A DNA stretch of 64,000 bases. Origin: Octopus sinensis (Eukaryota). The stretch lies in assembly GCF_006345805.1 (NCBI RefSeq), contig NC_043010.1, forward strand, positions 13,888,001 to 13,952,000, written 5' to 3'. The notes under the pieces are model-generated. The model did no database searches and had not been told where the DNA came from. It saw only the letters and a list, made by a program, of their open reading frames with translations. Both the position numbers and the translations under genes were made by a program. This document shows, one piece after another, positions 63,727 through 64,000 of this stretch. Positions within the stretch are counted from its first letter, which is position 1. Each line of letters begins with the position of its first letter.

Positions 63727-63895
63727 CTGTTGGACAAAATAAAAATTTTAGCTGTCCTAAATGTTGGTAGGTTTCGTTGGTGACAGACACCTGTGCTGCA
63801 GCGATGGACTGGAATATGTTCTTATCTGCTTCACACAGTTGGGGATCAATGTCATCGAAGAGTAATGCAAAAGCTGTACAACCAAATGTAGCAAC
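63727..63895 (-). CDS. OGA: O-GlcNAcase exon (GH84 catalytic domain, DD catalytic pair)
   Basis: Hand translation [56 protein letters not shown]; acceptor AG at 63897-63896, donor GT at 63726-63725; 169 nt, phase 0 to 1. This frame is absent from the ORF track. Confidence 0.96.
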
Positions 63896-64000
63896 CTGGC
63901 GAAAAGAGGACCACAGCCGAGGGAGAAAGAAAGAAAGAAAAAGAGTCCACTGTTAGTAAGCAATTCAAGAAATTCATTTCCATGTAATTTCAAAGACAAG

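Overview
AT-rich, repeat-dense animal genomic DNA. The SINE, MITE and RTE families look like those of Octopus (inference from recalled repeat content, no database check). One protein-coding gene is supported: O-GlcNAcase (OGA/MGEA5) on the minus strand. I traced ten exons by hand through GT-AG boundaries with consistent phases, from 63895 to the stop at 19410 (2520 nt, 839 codons plus stop). They cover the catalytic LLFDDID motif, stalk and C-terminal pseudo-HAT; the 5' exons lie beyond position 64000. The rest is mobile DNA: four tRNA-derived SINE families (my labels A-D), a 5'-truncated but nearly intact RTE LINE nested in a SINE, many RTE 3'-tail fragments, relics of Tx1-like, CR1, RLE-type and other LINEs, a mariner deletion derivative, Merlin-like and TTAA (piggyBac-like) MITEs, two short Helitrons, a 26-bp minisatellite and microsatellites. 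The best leads are: SINE-B multimers sharing one exact junction plus a GGTA target bias; a 229-bp near-perfect intronic hairpin; TE-poor OGA introns at positions matching the regulated introns of human OGA; and inverted repeats bracketing a catalytic-domain exon. None is demonstrated from sequence alone. There is no CRISPR array or prokaryotic system.
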